DNA from: Dehalococcoidia bacterium
GTDB taxonomy: Bacteria; Chloroflexota; Dehalococcoidia; Lucifugimonadales; SHYT01
Direction: 5' to 3'
Length of the DNA: 64,000 bases
Assembly (NCBI GenBank): GCA_009692665.1
Contig: SHYT01000005.1
Span: 57,758 to 121,757, forward strand
The translations under genes and the position numbers were made by a program. This document shows, piece by piece, positions 9,456 through 19,977 of the stretch. The notes under the pieces were generated by a model. The model was given only the letters and a program-made list of their open reading frames with translations, made no database searches and was not told the DNA's origin. Position 1 is the stretch's first letter; every line of letters starts with the position of its first letter.

Positions 9456-9932
9456 ATGGCGACGCAAAAGAAATCTTCTGCTGACGCAAACCTGAAGCAT
9501 CTCGGCATCGAGTTGCCTGCTGCGCCGGCCGCTGCCGCTAACTACACTACGTTCGTCCGCGTCGGCAACGTGGTCTACACCTCCGGCCACGTCTCCGCTA
9601 AGCCGGACGGCGCCCGCATCGTCGGCAAGGTGGGCGGCGCCCTGACCGTTGAGCAGGCCGCTGAAGCCGCTCGGTTCACTGCTCTCAGCCTCATGGCCAC
9701 GCTCAAAGCAAACCTCGACTCCCTCGATAAGGTGAAGCGCATCATCAAAGTCACTGGCATGATCAACGCCGTCCCGGATTTCGCCGATCACTCCCGCGTC
9801 ATGAACGGCTGCTCAGACATCCTGGTCCAGGTCTTTGGCGATGCCGGCAAGCACGTCCGCACGTCTGTAGGCATGGGCTCGCTGCCATTCAACGTCGCCT
9901 TGGAAATAGAAATCATGGCGGAAGTTGAGTAG
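9456..9932 (+). CDS. RidA/YjgF/L-PSP family protein
   Basis: YTSGHVS...GKVG and the C-terminal LPFNVALEIEIMAEV are typical of the RidA fold. ATG 9456 follows a G7 Shine-Dalgarno-like run. Confidence 0.85.
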   Translation: MATQKKSSADANLKHLGIELPAAPAAAANYTTFVRVGNVVYTSGHVSAKPDGARIVGKVGGALTVEQAAEAARFTALSLMATLKANLDSLDKVKRIIKVTGMINAVPDFADHSRVMNGCSDILVQVFGDAGKHVRTSVGMGSLPFNVALEIEIMAEVE

Positions 9933-9943
9933 CGTTTCGAAGG

Positions 9944-11197
9944 GTGCGCATGCCCGCTGATCATCACGTTGTCGTCGTCGGCGCTGGGCCAGCGGGCTCC
10001 GTCGCTGCCCGGGATATTGCGCGGCACGGTTGGCGTGTCCTTCTGCTGGAAGAGCACACCGTCGTTGGCGATCCGGTTCACTGCTCTGGCCTCGTCACGC
10101 CGCGCACCTTGAAAGCCGCAGACCTCAATGAGGACTTGGTCGTCCACCGCATCACAGGCGCCATCGTTCACTCGCCCCTCGGCCGTCAGGTCACCATCGG
10201 TGGCGATAGAGAACGCGCTTTCGTCCTCGACCGCCAGCGTTTCGATCAGGCACTTGCTGAGCAAGCGCAAAAAGCCGGCGCCTCCCTTTCACTAAGCAGC
10301 CGATTCATAGGCTTGGAGGTGAGCGATGACATCGCGCGTGTAACATATGATCGCGGCGGCGCGTCTCATACCGTTACCGCAGACCTCGTCGTCGGCGCGG
10401 ATGGCTCCCTCTCGGCAGTCTCGCGTCCCCTCGGCCTCGCCAAGCCCGCCGAAGCCATCGCAGCTATCGGTGGCGAAGTGACCGGCCACGCGTTGCGGGA
10501 CGACCTGGTGGAAGTGTTCGTGGATCCGGAGCGCATCCCCGGCTGATTCGGCTGGATCATTCCCACCGCCCAGGAAGGCGTCGTGAAAATCGGCATCGGT
10601 AGCGCAGACTCATCGCTGAGCCCGCGCCGCCTGTTGGAACCGTTCCTGGAACGCCACTCGCACCTGCGCGGCGCCCAGTTCCTTCGACTCCAGGGCGGCG
10701 TTATATCCGTTGCGCCTCCGGAAAGCATCACCTACACCCGCATCCTGCTCGTCAGCGACGCTGCCGGCAGTGTTAAACCCACCTCCGGCGGAGGCATCCA
10801 CACCGGCATCCTCAGCGCCAAGCTTGTCGCCCGCACCGTCGTCTCTTCGCTGGAACGTGGCGTCTTCACCAAGTCCGCCCTCAGTGACTACGATCGCACA
10901 TGGGGCGCACAGGTACGCCGCGAACTTGTCATAGGAAGAGCGTTGCGCCATATGCTACTCAACCTCACGCCTAAACAGGTGGACGCACTGCTGACTGTCA
11001 TTGGCAAGCCAAGTTTCCAGACTCTGGAGCGTGAAAATGGGGACTTCGACTTTCCAGCGCGACTTTTCTCGCGACTGCTCACATCCGGCCCGGTACTACG
11101 CGCCTTAGTTGCCCTGCCACCAGCTATGTGGCCATCGCTGGTGCGCATGGCGGTGCAATGGCGGCGTTACAGGGTGTCACTGGCCCTGCCAGCCTAG
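9944..11197 (+). pseudogene. Geranylgeranyl-reductase-family FAD oxidoreductase interrupted by a single in-frame TGA (10544-10546)
   Basis: ORFs 9944..10546 and 10583..11197 share one frame. VVVVGAGPAGS lies N-terminal. The stop sits in ERIPG*FGWIIP, where the family consensus has PgG(Y/F)gW(i/v)(f/i)P. DAAGSVKPTSGGGI lies downstream. Confidence 0.75.
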
Positions 11198-11200
11198 ATG

Positions 11201-11905
11201 CTATACAGGGGCTGGTCTGCTCACCCGCTGCAGTTTGCCATCTTCCATCTCTAACACGCGTTCTACCATGCCGGCCAGCCGCAGATCGTGCGTAGCCACC
11301 ACAACGGTAATTTTTTGCTTCTGCGCCACATCCCGCAGCATGTTCGCAATGACCTGTCCCGTAAGCGAGTCCAATTCCCCCGTCGGCTCATCCGCAAAGA
11401 TGGCAAGTGGTCGGGTCACCAGCGCACGCGCCACTGCAACGCGCTGCTGCTCGCCACCGGAGAGCTCAAACGGCCGGTGCTGGACACGTTTGCCCAAGCC
11501 TACGTGCGCAAGCACTTCATCCACGCGCTGTTTGCGCTCTCGGCCGTGTACTCCATTGATGCGCAGTGGTAGCTCTACATTCTCATAGGCTGACAGCAAA
11601 GGCAGCAGTCCAAATGATTGGAACACAAACCCTATCTTCCGGCGTCGCAACTCAACCATATCCCGTTCGCTTAGCTTTGACAGGTCGCGGCCCTCAAACG
11701 TGACCACACCTTGCGTTGGACGGTCGAGGCCAGCGAGCATATTGAGCAACGTGGTCTTGCCGGAGCCAGATCGGCCCACCAGCGCCAGGAATTCGCCTTG
11801 CCGGGCGGTCATGTTCACGCCGTCCACGGCAACCACCTCTTGTCCGCCGGTCTGAAAGACACGCCGGAGGCCAGTAGCCTCGATAAGGTTTCCAGTCTTG
11901 TTCAC
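11201..11905 (-). CDS. ABC transporter ATP-binding protein (MacB/LolD type), distal
   Basis: Walker A GRSGSGKTT, signature LSGGEQQRV, Walker [12 protein letters not shown]. 4-nt overlap with the upstream ATPase. Confidence 0.93.
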   Translation of the reverse strand: MNKTGNLIEATGLRRVFQTGGQEVVAVDGVNMTARQGEFLALVGRSGSGKTTLLNMLAGLDRPTQGVVTFEGRDLSKLSERDMVELRRRKIGFVFQSFGLLPLLSAYENVELPLRINGVHGRERKQRVDEVLAHVGLGKRVQHRPFELSGGEQQRVAVARALVTRPLAIFADEPTGELDSLTGQVIANMLRDVAQKQKITVVVATHDLRLAGMVERVLEMEDGKLQRVSRPAPV

Positions 11906-12798
11906 TCGTGCGTGCCTCCGGCATACCCCACTGCCCTGATAATAATGCGATCCCCCTGGGTTTCTATAGTTACGCGTCCCTGGGCATGCAGCCGCTCAAG
12001 CTGTTCTTCTGGCAATTGGAGGCGCCCGACTGCATCCACCAATACGTACTCCTCAAGGACCGCGTCGCCTCCACGGAACGTGGGCCGCATTACCACCTCT
12101 GTGCTCAGACGCCCGTCTCGAATCTGTACCACGCGGTCAACATGCCGTGCAATACCGGGATAGTGCGTCACCACCACCACAGTCGTGCCATAGCGCTCTG
12201 TAATGGTCCGTAGGCCATCGAACACGTTGATAGCGGTTTGTGTGTCAAGTTCGCCAGTCGGCTCGTCCGCCAGAATCAGCGGCGGATTGTTCGCCAGCCC
12301 CACGGCAATCGCAACACGCTGCTGCTCTCCGCCAGAAAGCTGGTTGGGATAGCGGTTTTTCTTGGTGCCGAGACCCAGCGTGGTGAGCAACTCGCCAGCG
12401 CGTTTCCTACGTTCCGACTCATCTACGCCCTGAATAGCCATCGGCAGAGAAACATTGTCCTCTGCTGTAAGGTATGGCAGCAGGTTCCGTGTTACCGCCT
12501 GCCAAACAAATCCAACCTCCTGCCTGCGATAAGAAACAAGCTCCTTCTCGTTCATTGTGAGCAAGTCACGCGCACCCACCAGTACTCTGCCCGCAGATGG
12601 CCTGTCCAGCCCTGCAAGGATGTTGAGAAATGTGGATTTGCCGCTCCCACTGGTACCAACAACCGCAATAAATTCGCCCTGCGCCACCTGCAAGTCTAGC
12701 CCTCGCAGTGCCACCACCTCAAGGTCAGCGCGCTTGTAAATTTTGAATAAGTCCTGGCAGTCTACGACCAGCGGCCGCGCATCTATTGATGTGGCCAT
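11902..12798 (-). CDS. ABC transporter ATP-binding protein (MacB/LolD type) with a ~70-aa C-terminal extension
   Basis: [29 protein letters not shown], plus the tail [21 protein letters not shown]. Confidence 0.92.
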   Translation of the reverse strand: MATSIDARPLVVDCQDLFKIYKRADLEVVALRGLDLQVAQGEFIAVVGTSGSGKSTFLNILAGLDRPSAGRVLVGARDLLTMNEKELVSYRRQEVGFVWQAVTRNLLPYLTAEDNVSLPMAIQGVDESERRKRAGELLTTLGLGTKKNRYPNQLSGGEQQRVAIAVGLANNPPLILADEPTGELDTQTAINVFDGLRTITERYGTTVVVVTHYPGIARHVDRVVQIRDGRLSTEVVMRPTFRGGDAVLEEYVLVDAVGRLQLPEEQLERLHAQGRVTIETQGDRIIIRAVGYAGGTHE

Positions 12799-12801
12799 GG
12801 A

Positions 12802-15800
12802 CTACGTCTCCCCCATGCGCAATACGCGCTGTAGTTCCAGTTTGCCTAAGAGCCAAGAAAGCACCACAACGGTAATAAGTGCGGCTAGTGCAAGGAACGC
12901 ATAGGTTATCCCCAAAATGGCCCAGTTCATGTCCAGCACCATTGGGGGAATCAGCCGCCTTCCGCCTTCCGCTATTTCTAGCAACGGCAGCAGCCACCGG
13001 CCAAGTTGCATGCCTAACACGCTCCCTAGACCAATCCCTGCGCCAGCTACCACCAACAAGTTGAACCACACCACGCCGCTGAGCTCGCGACGAGTGAAAC
13101 CGAGTGTACGCATAAGCGCGAACTCCGTCTGGCGCTCGCGTGCATCAATGTAGCTGTACAGCAGCAGGCCGGAAATGCTAGCGAGCACAACAGTCAAGAA
13201 AGACAACGCCAACAGACCGCTCCAACCAGCTGTGACCAATGGGTCCGCAACACGCGTCTTTAGCGCGCTCGCGGCATCGCGAGTGGAGTACGTCCAGAAC
13301 CCTTGCTGCTCCACCCCTCTCCGTAGCCCAGCGACATCCATTGCACCTGGCTCAATACGCACCCACGTTTCCGCATTCGGCTGTAAGAGGTTAGGCATAT
13401 GCAGCGCGGCGTACTGGCCAAGCTGCTTGATATCCATGACCACAAATTCTTCGTGGTCCGGGTACATCGTTGGGAAATAGCTAATGATGCCACGGACATG
13501 TACTGGTACAGTGGACCCAAGGGTGTGTATTGTGACAGTTTCGCCAATCCTGAATTTGTTCTGAGCGAAAAAGTTGGCGGTACCCACCATGTTGATTGGC
13601 CCCATCCCTTCACCAAACTGGACGCCGCGAATACCATTGCCTCCGCTGCCCCATGTAATCGACATGCTCCTGCGGCCTGGCCGTGACACCGTCTCATTTT
13701 GTTCCATGGCAACACGCGTTGGTGCGCTGAAGTCCTGTAGTACTTGTGTATTGACCACCTCTTGGAAATTGGTGATAACTGTGCGCTCCCCCATAGCGGT
13801 TTCAACAGCTAGCTCGTCTAGATACAGTCCACCAGGCACCCACGCGCCCCGAGAACTCAATGCAACCGCCATCACCGTATATGGCGCGGCGTACTTGATC
13901 GAAGGGGATCCAACACGCTGCGGTGTATCCTGCGGTTTCACCTGCGCCGAAAGTTGACGCCATCCCGCCTCGCCCATCGCACCAAACAGCACGTCGAAGT
14001 AGTAGCCCTGCGCATCACGCAAGCGGCCGATCAGGATGACGTTGGCGTTCGGCCGCGAAATAGACGCCCAAATGGAAAGCCTCTGGGCGCCTTGAGGCAG
14101 CACAAACCCTTGGTTTGCCGATATGCCACTAGGCCGTTCAAGCAAGCCAACTAACCGCGCACTATCAAAGTCGGAACGAGTCCACGCTGTAGCTGCGAAT
14201 TGTGTTGGGTCAATTGCCAGCACAGTTGCCTCACTTCCGAAGCCCGTGGCGGAGCTGTAGCCACTCGTCCGCACTACATCCGTTGCGCTAACAACACCCG
14301 GCCTTTGCGCCAGCCACGCAGCGGGGCCACGCTCAAGCAGCGCCCACATGCCACCGGTGTGTCGTACCGACAGGTCCGCGCCTGTTTGGTACAGCACCTG
14401 CTCCTGCTGGCTGCGCTCCAAACTCGCACTGAACGCCGCACCGACAACGCCAAGGCCGGTAGCCAAAAGCAGGAGCACGACTAGTAGCCCGGCAGGCGTT
14501 GGATTGCGTGCCAGGCGGCGCGCAGCCTGCACCAGCCAAATAGGTCCAATAGGCTCAATGAGACGAGCCATCAGCCGTGTTGCTATTGGAAACGTGCGCA
14601 AGACAATCAGCCCAATACCGAGCAACCCAAGCACGGGTCCAAGCAAGAGTGAAACATCCAACTGCAAAGCCCTATCACCTACATGCTTGACTACAAATGA
14701 GCCTTGCGTCCGGAGTTGCCACAAAAGCAGTCCAACGAGAATGAGCGCGAGCACATCCATGTAATTGCGCTGGATAAACAGCGTATCTGGCGGCCTTGAC
14801 TGTGATTGGCGGACATCCACAATTGTGCGCCGCGCCGCCATCAGGCTGGCTACGACGAACATAGCAACGGCCAGCAATACGCCAGCGGCACCAAGCAGGT
14901 ATGCCTGCCAGGAAAACGTGGATTCAAGTAGCCCTGAAGCGCCCAGCTGGATCGGGGCAACGCGGTCAGTCAGGAATACCATTGCGAGCGCAAACACAGG
15001 GCCGATAACAATAGCAGGTACTGCGATCATGGCCCCCTCAACAAGAGCCAAAAAGGCAATCTGGACATTTGTTGCGCCGCGCCCTTTAAGCAGCGCCGTC
15101 TCAGTTGTACGCTCTCGGGCAAGCAGGCCCGCCACCAGAAAGAGGTAGTACATTAGTGTTCCGGTGACAAGAAAGATAACGAGGAAAAGTGGTAATCGTC
15201 CTAGAAGCAACCTGTCCTGATAGTGGGCCAGCACGGAAGGCAGGTCGGTTGTAGTAGCGGAGCCATCTATGCCACTTTGGACCTTCGCGACTGCCGTCCG
15301 AACCATAGCTGAGAGCTGCTCAGCCTGTGCTGCGCGGATATGGTCTTTGTCCAGATAAAAGTGCCAGTTGAAGTTTGCCCTGAGTGTCGCATGCTGCTTT
15401 GTGACATGCCTGAAGAGTGCGTCCTGTGTCGTGAACATCGGTGCCCACAGCCAAGACGATGACGTGTTGCTGAGCTTGTCACGTGACCCGAACCAATACT
15501 CCTCATCCGGGTCATTTGCCTGAATTATGCCCACGACTGTAGCCATCACTGTCAGGTTCTGGTCAGCCTGCACAGCCGAGTAGATGGCGAACGTGTCTCC
15601 CAGGTTGAGCTCCAAAGCAGATGCGACAGTGCTTTCAATGGCTACTTCTAACTGAGGCGCGTTCGGTACAGGTAACCGTCCCTGCAGAACGTCTACATGT
15701 TGCTCAATCCCGCTGAAAGACTGCACAGGCCCGCGCGGTCGATTGTTCCCCACCGAGTCCCAGGACGGACGTCCCTTGAAGAAGAACGTAGTGGTTTGGA

Positions 15801-16155
15801 TATACAGCGAGTGCTCGGTGTAGTAAGGGCTTAGTGGTTCCTGAATCTCGCGCTCAATCACCCGGTTGTTCTCTTCAAAATTCTGTTGCTGGAGGAGTTC
15901 AAACTGCTCCACGCGCAGGTTTACTGCTGCCGGAGCGCTCGTGCGCAGTGTGTGCCGCAGCGCTGATTGCTGCAACACGGCTGAGTAAACTACCCCACTT
16001 GCCATCAGTGCCGACGCCAGCACCATCCCGAACGCCACTGCTGCCTGCAAGCGCCAATCGCTCCGCAGCCGGCGCCGTGCCACCAGCGATGCCCCACTGA
16101 CGAGCGCCAGCCAGTTGGGTCCTCGGTTTTCTCGCGCGGCTCGCTGGCCCATCAT
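12802..16155 (-). CDS. Giant FtsX-domain ABC permease (1117 aa, two FtsX modules, large extracytoplasmic regions)
   Basis: Hydrophobic 4-TM blocks near residues ~330-450 and at the C-terminus, with REFALMRTLGFTRREL-type FtsX loops. Paralogous to the upstream gene. Confidence 0.85.
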   Translation of the reverse strand: MMGQRAARENRGPNWLALVSGASLVARRRLRSDWRLQAAVAFGMVLASALMASGVVYSAVLQQSALRHTLRTSAPAAVNLRVEQFELLQQQNFEENNRVIEREIQEPLSPYYTEHSLYIQTTTFFFKGRPSWDSVGNNRPRGPVQSFSGIEQHVDVLQGRLPVPNAPQLEVAIESTVASALELNLGDTFAIYSAVQADQNLTVMATVVGIIQANDPDEEYWFGSRDKLSNTSSSWLWAPMFTTQDALFRHVTKQHATLRANFNWHFYLDKDHIRAAQAEQLSAMVRTAVAKVQSGIDGSATTTDLPSVLAHYQDRLLLGRLPLFLVIFLVTGTLMYYLFLVAGLLARERTTETALLKGRGATNVQIAFLALVEGAMIAVPAIVIGPVFALAMVFLTDRVAPIQLGASGLLESTFSWQAYLLGAAGVLLAVAMFVVASLMAARRTIVDVRQSQSRPPDTLFIQRNYMDVLALILVGLLLWQLRTQGSFVVKHVGDRALQLDVSLLLGPVLGLLGIGLIVLRTFPIATRLMARLIEPIGPIWLVQAARRLARNPTPAGLLVVLLLLATGLGVVGAAFSASLERSQQEQVLYQTGADLSVRHTGGMWALLERGPAAWLAQRPGVVSATDVVRTSGYSSATGFGSEATVLAIDPTQFAATAWTRSDFDSARLVGLLERPSGISANQGFVLPQGAQRLSIWASISRPNANVILIGRLRDAQGYYFDVLFGAMGEAGWRQLSAQVKPQDTPQRVGSPSIKYAAPYTVMAVALSSRGAWVPGGLYLDELAVETAMGERTVITNFQEVVNTQVLQDFSAPTRVAMEQNETVSRPGRRSMSITWGSGGNGIRGVQFGEGMGPINMVGTANFFAQNKFRIGETVTIHTLGSTVPVHVRGIISYFPTMYPDHEEFVVMDIKQLGQYAALHMPNLLQPNAETWVRIEPGAMDVAGLRRGVEQQGFWTYSTRDAASALKTRVADPLVTAGWSGLLALSFLTVVLASISGLLLYSYIDARERQTEFALMRTLGFTRRELSGVVWFNLLVVAGAGIGLGSVLGMQLGRWLLPLLEIAEGGRRLIPPMVLDMNWAILGITYAFLALAALITVVVLSWLLGKLELQRVLRMGET

Positions 16156-19100
16156 TCTCCTCGTAATACCTCACTGGCCTGCGCGCGCCAGATTGCTGCC
16201 AGCGCCAGGGCTGTCGCAATGCCCGTAGCAAGGGCCGTACCAAGAATTGCGAGCGTGCTCAATGGGCCGTCCAAGCTGAGAACCAGCGGCGGTAGAGACG
16301 AGGACGTGAATCCCTGTGTCACTAAGTAACCAAGTGTCCACCGTCCAACCCATAACCCAATCACAAACCCAGAAAGTATGCCGGTGACGCATACCAGTAG
16401 AAACTCCAGCGTAACCAGCAGAAAGATATGCCGCCGGGAAAACCCCAGGGTTTCCAAGACCGCAAGCTCCACCTTTCCTGATTGAATGGAAAGAGCGGCA
16501 AACAAGCTGAACCCCAAGACCATCGCGCCAATCAACGCAATCATACTTAGTAGCACCAGGCTGCCCCATCCTCCTGCCGTCAGTGGGTCATCCTGGGCTA
16601 TCTGCGCCTCTGTCTCCCGGTCTACAACCGTTGCATAGGACGGCACAATCTTCCGGAGGGCCGTGGCTACCTGCTCGCTATCAGTACCGGGCTCAAGCCC
16701 AATCCATAACTCGTCCGCATAGTCACCTCCTGAGAAAGGCAATACCTGGCGGTACTGAAGATAGTGCTCGATGTTAAGAATCAGAAACGGACTGCGCGTC
16801 GTGTCAAGCGTTGGAAAATAGGACGCCGTATCCACAATCCGCACGGGTATCAGCACATTGCCCACCCATACCATCAGGTCCTCGTCCTTTTTGTACGGTG
16901 CACTACCTATCGCGGGAATGGGGAGAGACACCACAGGCGCCAGAAAGCCGCGCATGTCCGCTCCGTATGGCGCCGTCCACATATACTGCAGCGCGCCACC
17001 ACTGCGTGCTCGCCCAGTGGCAGCCACCGATACCGTGTCTGCTGCGGCACCACGATGCGGCAACGTCTGCCATTGTCCTGGTTGGTCAAATGTCTCCACG
17101 ACACGTGAGTTACCAGTAGTGTCTATGGCTGTAAGGTCATCCAGCAAAAGGTCGCCCGCGCCAATGCTTCCACGGAAACCAGTTGTCAGCACAAAGCCCA
17201 GTACGCGTGCGGGTGCGGCACTACCCACCGGGAGCTCAGTTTGAAAGAACCGCCAGCTCGGTACATCAAGTTCGCCTAGAAAAACGGTGCTTAACTCGCC
17301 GCCCGCACCAGTTAGATGAAGCCACACGTTCAGCCCTGGGAATGCTTTATTAGGGCGCATCCAAACGCCAATACGGTTGGTGCCTGTGGGCAGCGGAATG
17401 CCCGCGCCAGGGCTTACCGGCACGGCTAGCGGGTCCAATAGCTCATCAATGCCTTTAGCGGCAAAGTCTTTCCGAAACCACGCCGTGTCTCCCAGCGATC
17501 TTGGATCAACCGCCAGTACGTTTACAGCAGACTGCGGGCCACCCTTCACCAGCGAACCTTGCGCGCGGCGCAGTACGCTCACTGCAGAGACTCCAGGCAT
17601 GTTTTCAATCGACGAACGTGTCTTCTCAAACCGGTCACCCAAAGAGAACGGCATCCGCACGACTACCTCGCCGCCAATCCGGTATGCCGCCTGGGCACGG
17701 CGTGTCTCTTGCAGAGTCGCGGAGAACACAGCGCCAAAAATACCAAGCGACACAGCCAGTGTCAGCAACAGTGTTAGCGCGCCGTACAGATTGGCATCAC
17801 GCGCCACGCGACGTAGTCCATGTACCAGCCACGGCGGCCCGCTCATTTCAGCCAGCTTGGCTAGCATGCGCACCATTACCGGAAAGAGGCGTAGCAAGAT
17901 AAGCCCACCCGCGTACAACCCAAGTGCTGGCCCCAGCAATGTCACCGGTGAAACATCAATTCCTTCGCCCAGCACGCGCGAGGTAATGAAGCCGCCGCGA
18001 TTCCGAAGTTGCCACCACACAAACCCAACAATGAGCAACAAGAATACGTCTAGGTAATACCGATGAAACGCCATGACGGATGACGGACGGCTCCGCGCGC
18101 GGTGGAATTCCATAACCCCACCAGTCGCAACGGTAAGACTTGACAGCATAAGCACTGCAATAGCGAGCACTCCAACGAGAGCACTTAACGTGTAACTTTC
18201 CACCGTGACCCCAGCAGCAATGGTTGAATTGCTGCCGCTATGAAAGAGGGCAGCAGTTACAGGACATCTCATTAACCCAAGTGCCAGCAGCGGACCGGCT
18301 AGCACTGCGGGGGTGGCCAGTAAAAGGCCCTCACTCAGACCCATGATCCCAACAATTTGGAGTAGACTAGCTCCCCTGCTGCGCAGCAACGCTACCTCAG
18401 GTCCGCGCGACCGCGCCAGTAAGCTGCTGACCATCCACAAGTAATACAGCAACACGCCAACCACCAGCGCCGCGAACAGGTAGATCGGCACCTGCGCAAG
18501 AGCCAGCCGCCGCTGGTATTCCTTAAGCTCAGGGCCCAACAAGCTCAGCACCAATGATCGCGGAAACACTTTGTTGACGTCAGTTTCAAGCCCGCGCAGC
18601 GCGTCTAGCGTCTGGTTAACGGTGCTTGGGTTAATAGCGAATGGGTTAATGAAAACACGCCACCAAAAGTCACCGGGCGCTCCGGGAAAGCGCGCGCCAA
18701 GCCCACCCCAAAACGCTTCCTCTTGTATATATATGGGGATCCATTGTCCTGCATCACTCTGCTGCACCGTAAAGATACTGGTGTCCCCCATCCAGTATTC
18801 TTCCGCAGGGTCCTTCGGAATGGCAACGCTAGAGACCACTAACAGAAGGGTCGCCGATGGCTCTGCCGATGCCGGGCGTAGTGCCAGCACAAACCCGGGG
18901 CTCCACTGTAGCTGCCTCGCTACCTGTTGCCCTATGGACACCTCATAGGCCTCACGGCCATCCGCGAGGTGCACTGGCGAAGGAGCAGGCCAGTGGCCGT
19001 CTACCAAGAGCGAATGCTCTTCAAAATGCGTCAAGAAATAGGTGTAGCCTTGCAACCCCGGTCGGCTCCGCGAGGGCTCAAACAGTCCTGAGCTGGCGAT

Positions 19101-19421
19101 ACGCCCGTAGCGCTCTTCTGCCCGCAAAAGCCCTGAAAAGCGAGTGTCTATGGAATGCTCGACAGCCGTTTGCAGCTTGTCATATTCCGCCCGGCCAAGC
19201 GGCCGCTCCTGCGCAATAACTTGAATGTTGAAGCCAGCGGCGGGCACGTTTGCCATGGCGTGCTCCAGGCCGCGCGCTGCCAGAGTGCTAGCGTACAGCA
19301 CAGTAGCTGACACCACGACCGTGCTGAGCACCACTGCCACAAATGAGGCGAACAACAAACGCCAAGACGCTCTTGTCCGGCGAGTAGTAAGCCACCACAG
19401 AAAGGTTGCGAACCGCATCAA
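16152..19421 (-). CDS. Giant FtsX-domain ABC permease (1089 aa), paralogue
   Basis: Same architecture (VALLRSRGASLLQI and LAVLETLGFSRRHI FtsX loops). ATGA overlap with the next gene. Confidence 0.85.
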   Translation of the reverse strand: MMRFATFLWWLTTRRTRASWRLLFASFVAVVLSTVVVSATVLYASTLAARGLEHAMANVPAAGFNIQVIAQERPLGRAEYDKLQTAVEHSIDTRFSGLLRAEERYGRIASSGLFEPSRSRPGLQGYTYFLTHFEEHSLLVDGHWPAPSPVHLADGREAYEVSIGQQVARQLQWSPGFVLALRPASAEPSATLLLVVSSVAIPKDPAEEYWMGDTSIFTVQQSDAGQWIPIYIQEEAFWGGLGARFPGAPGDFWWRVFINPFAINPSTVNQTLDALRGLETDVNKVFPRSLVLSLLGPELKEYQRRLALAQVPIYLFAALVVGVLLYYLWMVSSLLARSRGPEVALLRSRGASLLQIVGIMGLSEGLLLATPAVLAGPLLALGLMRCPVTAALFHSGSNSTIAAGVTVESYTLSALVGVLAIAVLMLSSLTVATGGVMEFHRARSRPSSVMAFHRYYLDVFLLLIVGFVWWQLRNRGGFITSRVLGEGIDVSPVTLLGPALGLYAGGLILLRLFPVMVRMLAKLAEMSGPPWLVHGLRRVARDANLYGALTLLLTLAVSLGIFGAVFSATLQETRRAQAAYRIGGEVVVRMPFSLGDRFEKTRSSIENMPGVSAVSVLRRAQGSLVKGGPQSAVNVLAVDPRSLGDTAWFRKDFAAKGIDELLDPLAVPVSPGAGIPLPTGTNRIGVWMRPNKAFPGLNVWLHLTGAGGELSTVFLGELDVPSWRFFQTELPVGSAAPARVLGFVLTTGFRGSIGAGDLLLDDLTAIDTTGNSRVVETFDQPGQWQTLPHRGAAADTVSVAATGRARSGGALQYMWTAPYGADMRGFLAPVVSLPIPAIGSAPYKKDEDLMVWVGNVLIPVRIVDTASYFPTLDTTRSPFLILNIEHYLQYRQVLPFSGGDYADELWIGLEPGTDSEQVATALRKIVPSYATVVDRETEAQIAQDDPLTAGGWGSLVLLSMIALIGAMVLGFSLFAALSIQSGKVELAVLETLGFSRRHIFLLVTLEFLLVCVTGILSGFVIGLWVGRWTLGYLVTQGFTSSSLPPLVLSLDGPLSTLAILGTALATGIATALALAAIWRAQASEVLRGE

Positions 19422-19547
19422 TCTTTGCCTGCCGTGGCGCAGAATGCAGCAATTGTGCCTGTGCTAGAGATCATACGCAAGCTTGGCGGCGAATCGCTCT
19501 GAGAAACCCAATTCTACTTAAACAATGGCATACGAGTCGGACTCCGC

Positions 19548-19913
19548 CTACTCTTGGAGACGCTTGGCGAAGCTGAGTTCATGACCGTCAGGGTCAGTAA
19601 TATGAAAATAGCGCTCGCCCCATTCTCCGTTACGGGGCTCATTTGGCGAAAGGCCCTGGCCTTTCATGTAGCGATAGAATCTGTCCACGTCGTCAACGTG
19701 GACAATGACGCGCCCCCAGAAAACAGGCATATAGTGTGGTATGACGAGAAGGTTGATGAATCCGTTGCCAGCCTGGAAGCTTGCGAAAGTGGTCGCATCA
19801 TTCCCGTGCGACAATGGCAACCCCATCTTCTGATAGAACGTTAGGGCTCTTTTCATATCGTGCACCGCTAGGGTGACCGCACTGATGTGGCTCACCTGCA
19901 TGCCCATCTCCAT
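19548..19913 (-). CDS. VOC/glyoxalase-bleomycin-resistance family protein
   Basis: ISAVTLAVHDMKRALTFYQKMGL and FHITDPDGHELSF are typical of VOC paired beta-alpha-beta-beta-beta modules. Confidence 0.85.
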   Translation of the reverse strand: MEMGMQVSHISAVTLAVHDMKRALTFYQKMGLPLSHGNDATTFASFQAGNGFINLLVIPHYMPVFWGRVIVHVDDVDRFYRYMKGQGLSPNEPRNGEWGERYFHITDPDGHELSFAKRLQE

Positions 19914-19930
19914 GATCGCTTATTCTGCTA

Positions 19931-19958
19931 TTGTACGCAGTCTGTACTCAGGTAGAAT
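19931..19958 (+). promoter_or_regulatory. Candidate sigma70-type promoter TTGTAC-16-TAGAAT
   Basis: Hexamers at 19931-19936 and 19953-19958 in the divergent VOC/LLM spacer. Confidence 0.3.
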
Positions 19959-19977
19959 CCTTAACAGGAGGCAAGAC

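Noticed and set aside
8313-9791. 492-aa minus-strand ORF spanning the AKR and RidA genes
   Set aside because: It is antisense to two well-supported plus-strand genes, has a low-complexity Gly/Ala/Asp/Arg-rich composition and shows no motif. This is the typical long shadow ORF of GC-rich DNA. The same reasoning applies to 170..1090(-), 2223..3302(-), 6370..7179(-), 58464..59306(-), 60021..60644(-) and similar track entries.
10544-10546. Reading the in-frame TGA of the GGR-like gene as selenocysteine or a reassigned sense codon
   Set aside because: TGA functions as a normal stop elsewhere in the window (for example the AKR gene ends GCATTGTGA at 9323). I see only a weak 4-bp CTGG/CCAG pairing downstream, nothing SECIS-like. 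The aligned consensus residue is Gly, not Cys. A GGA-to-TGA point mutation or a sequencing error is simpler.
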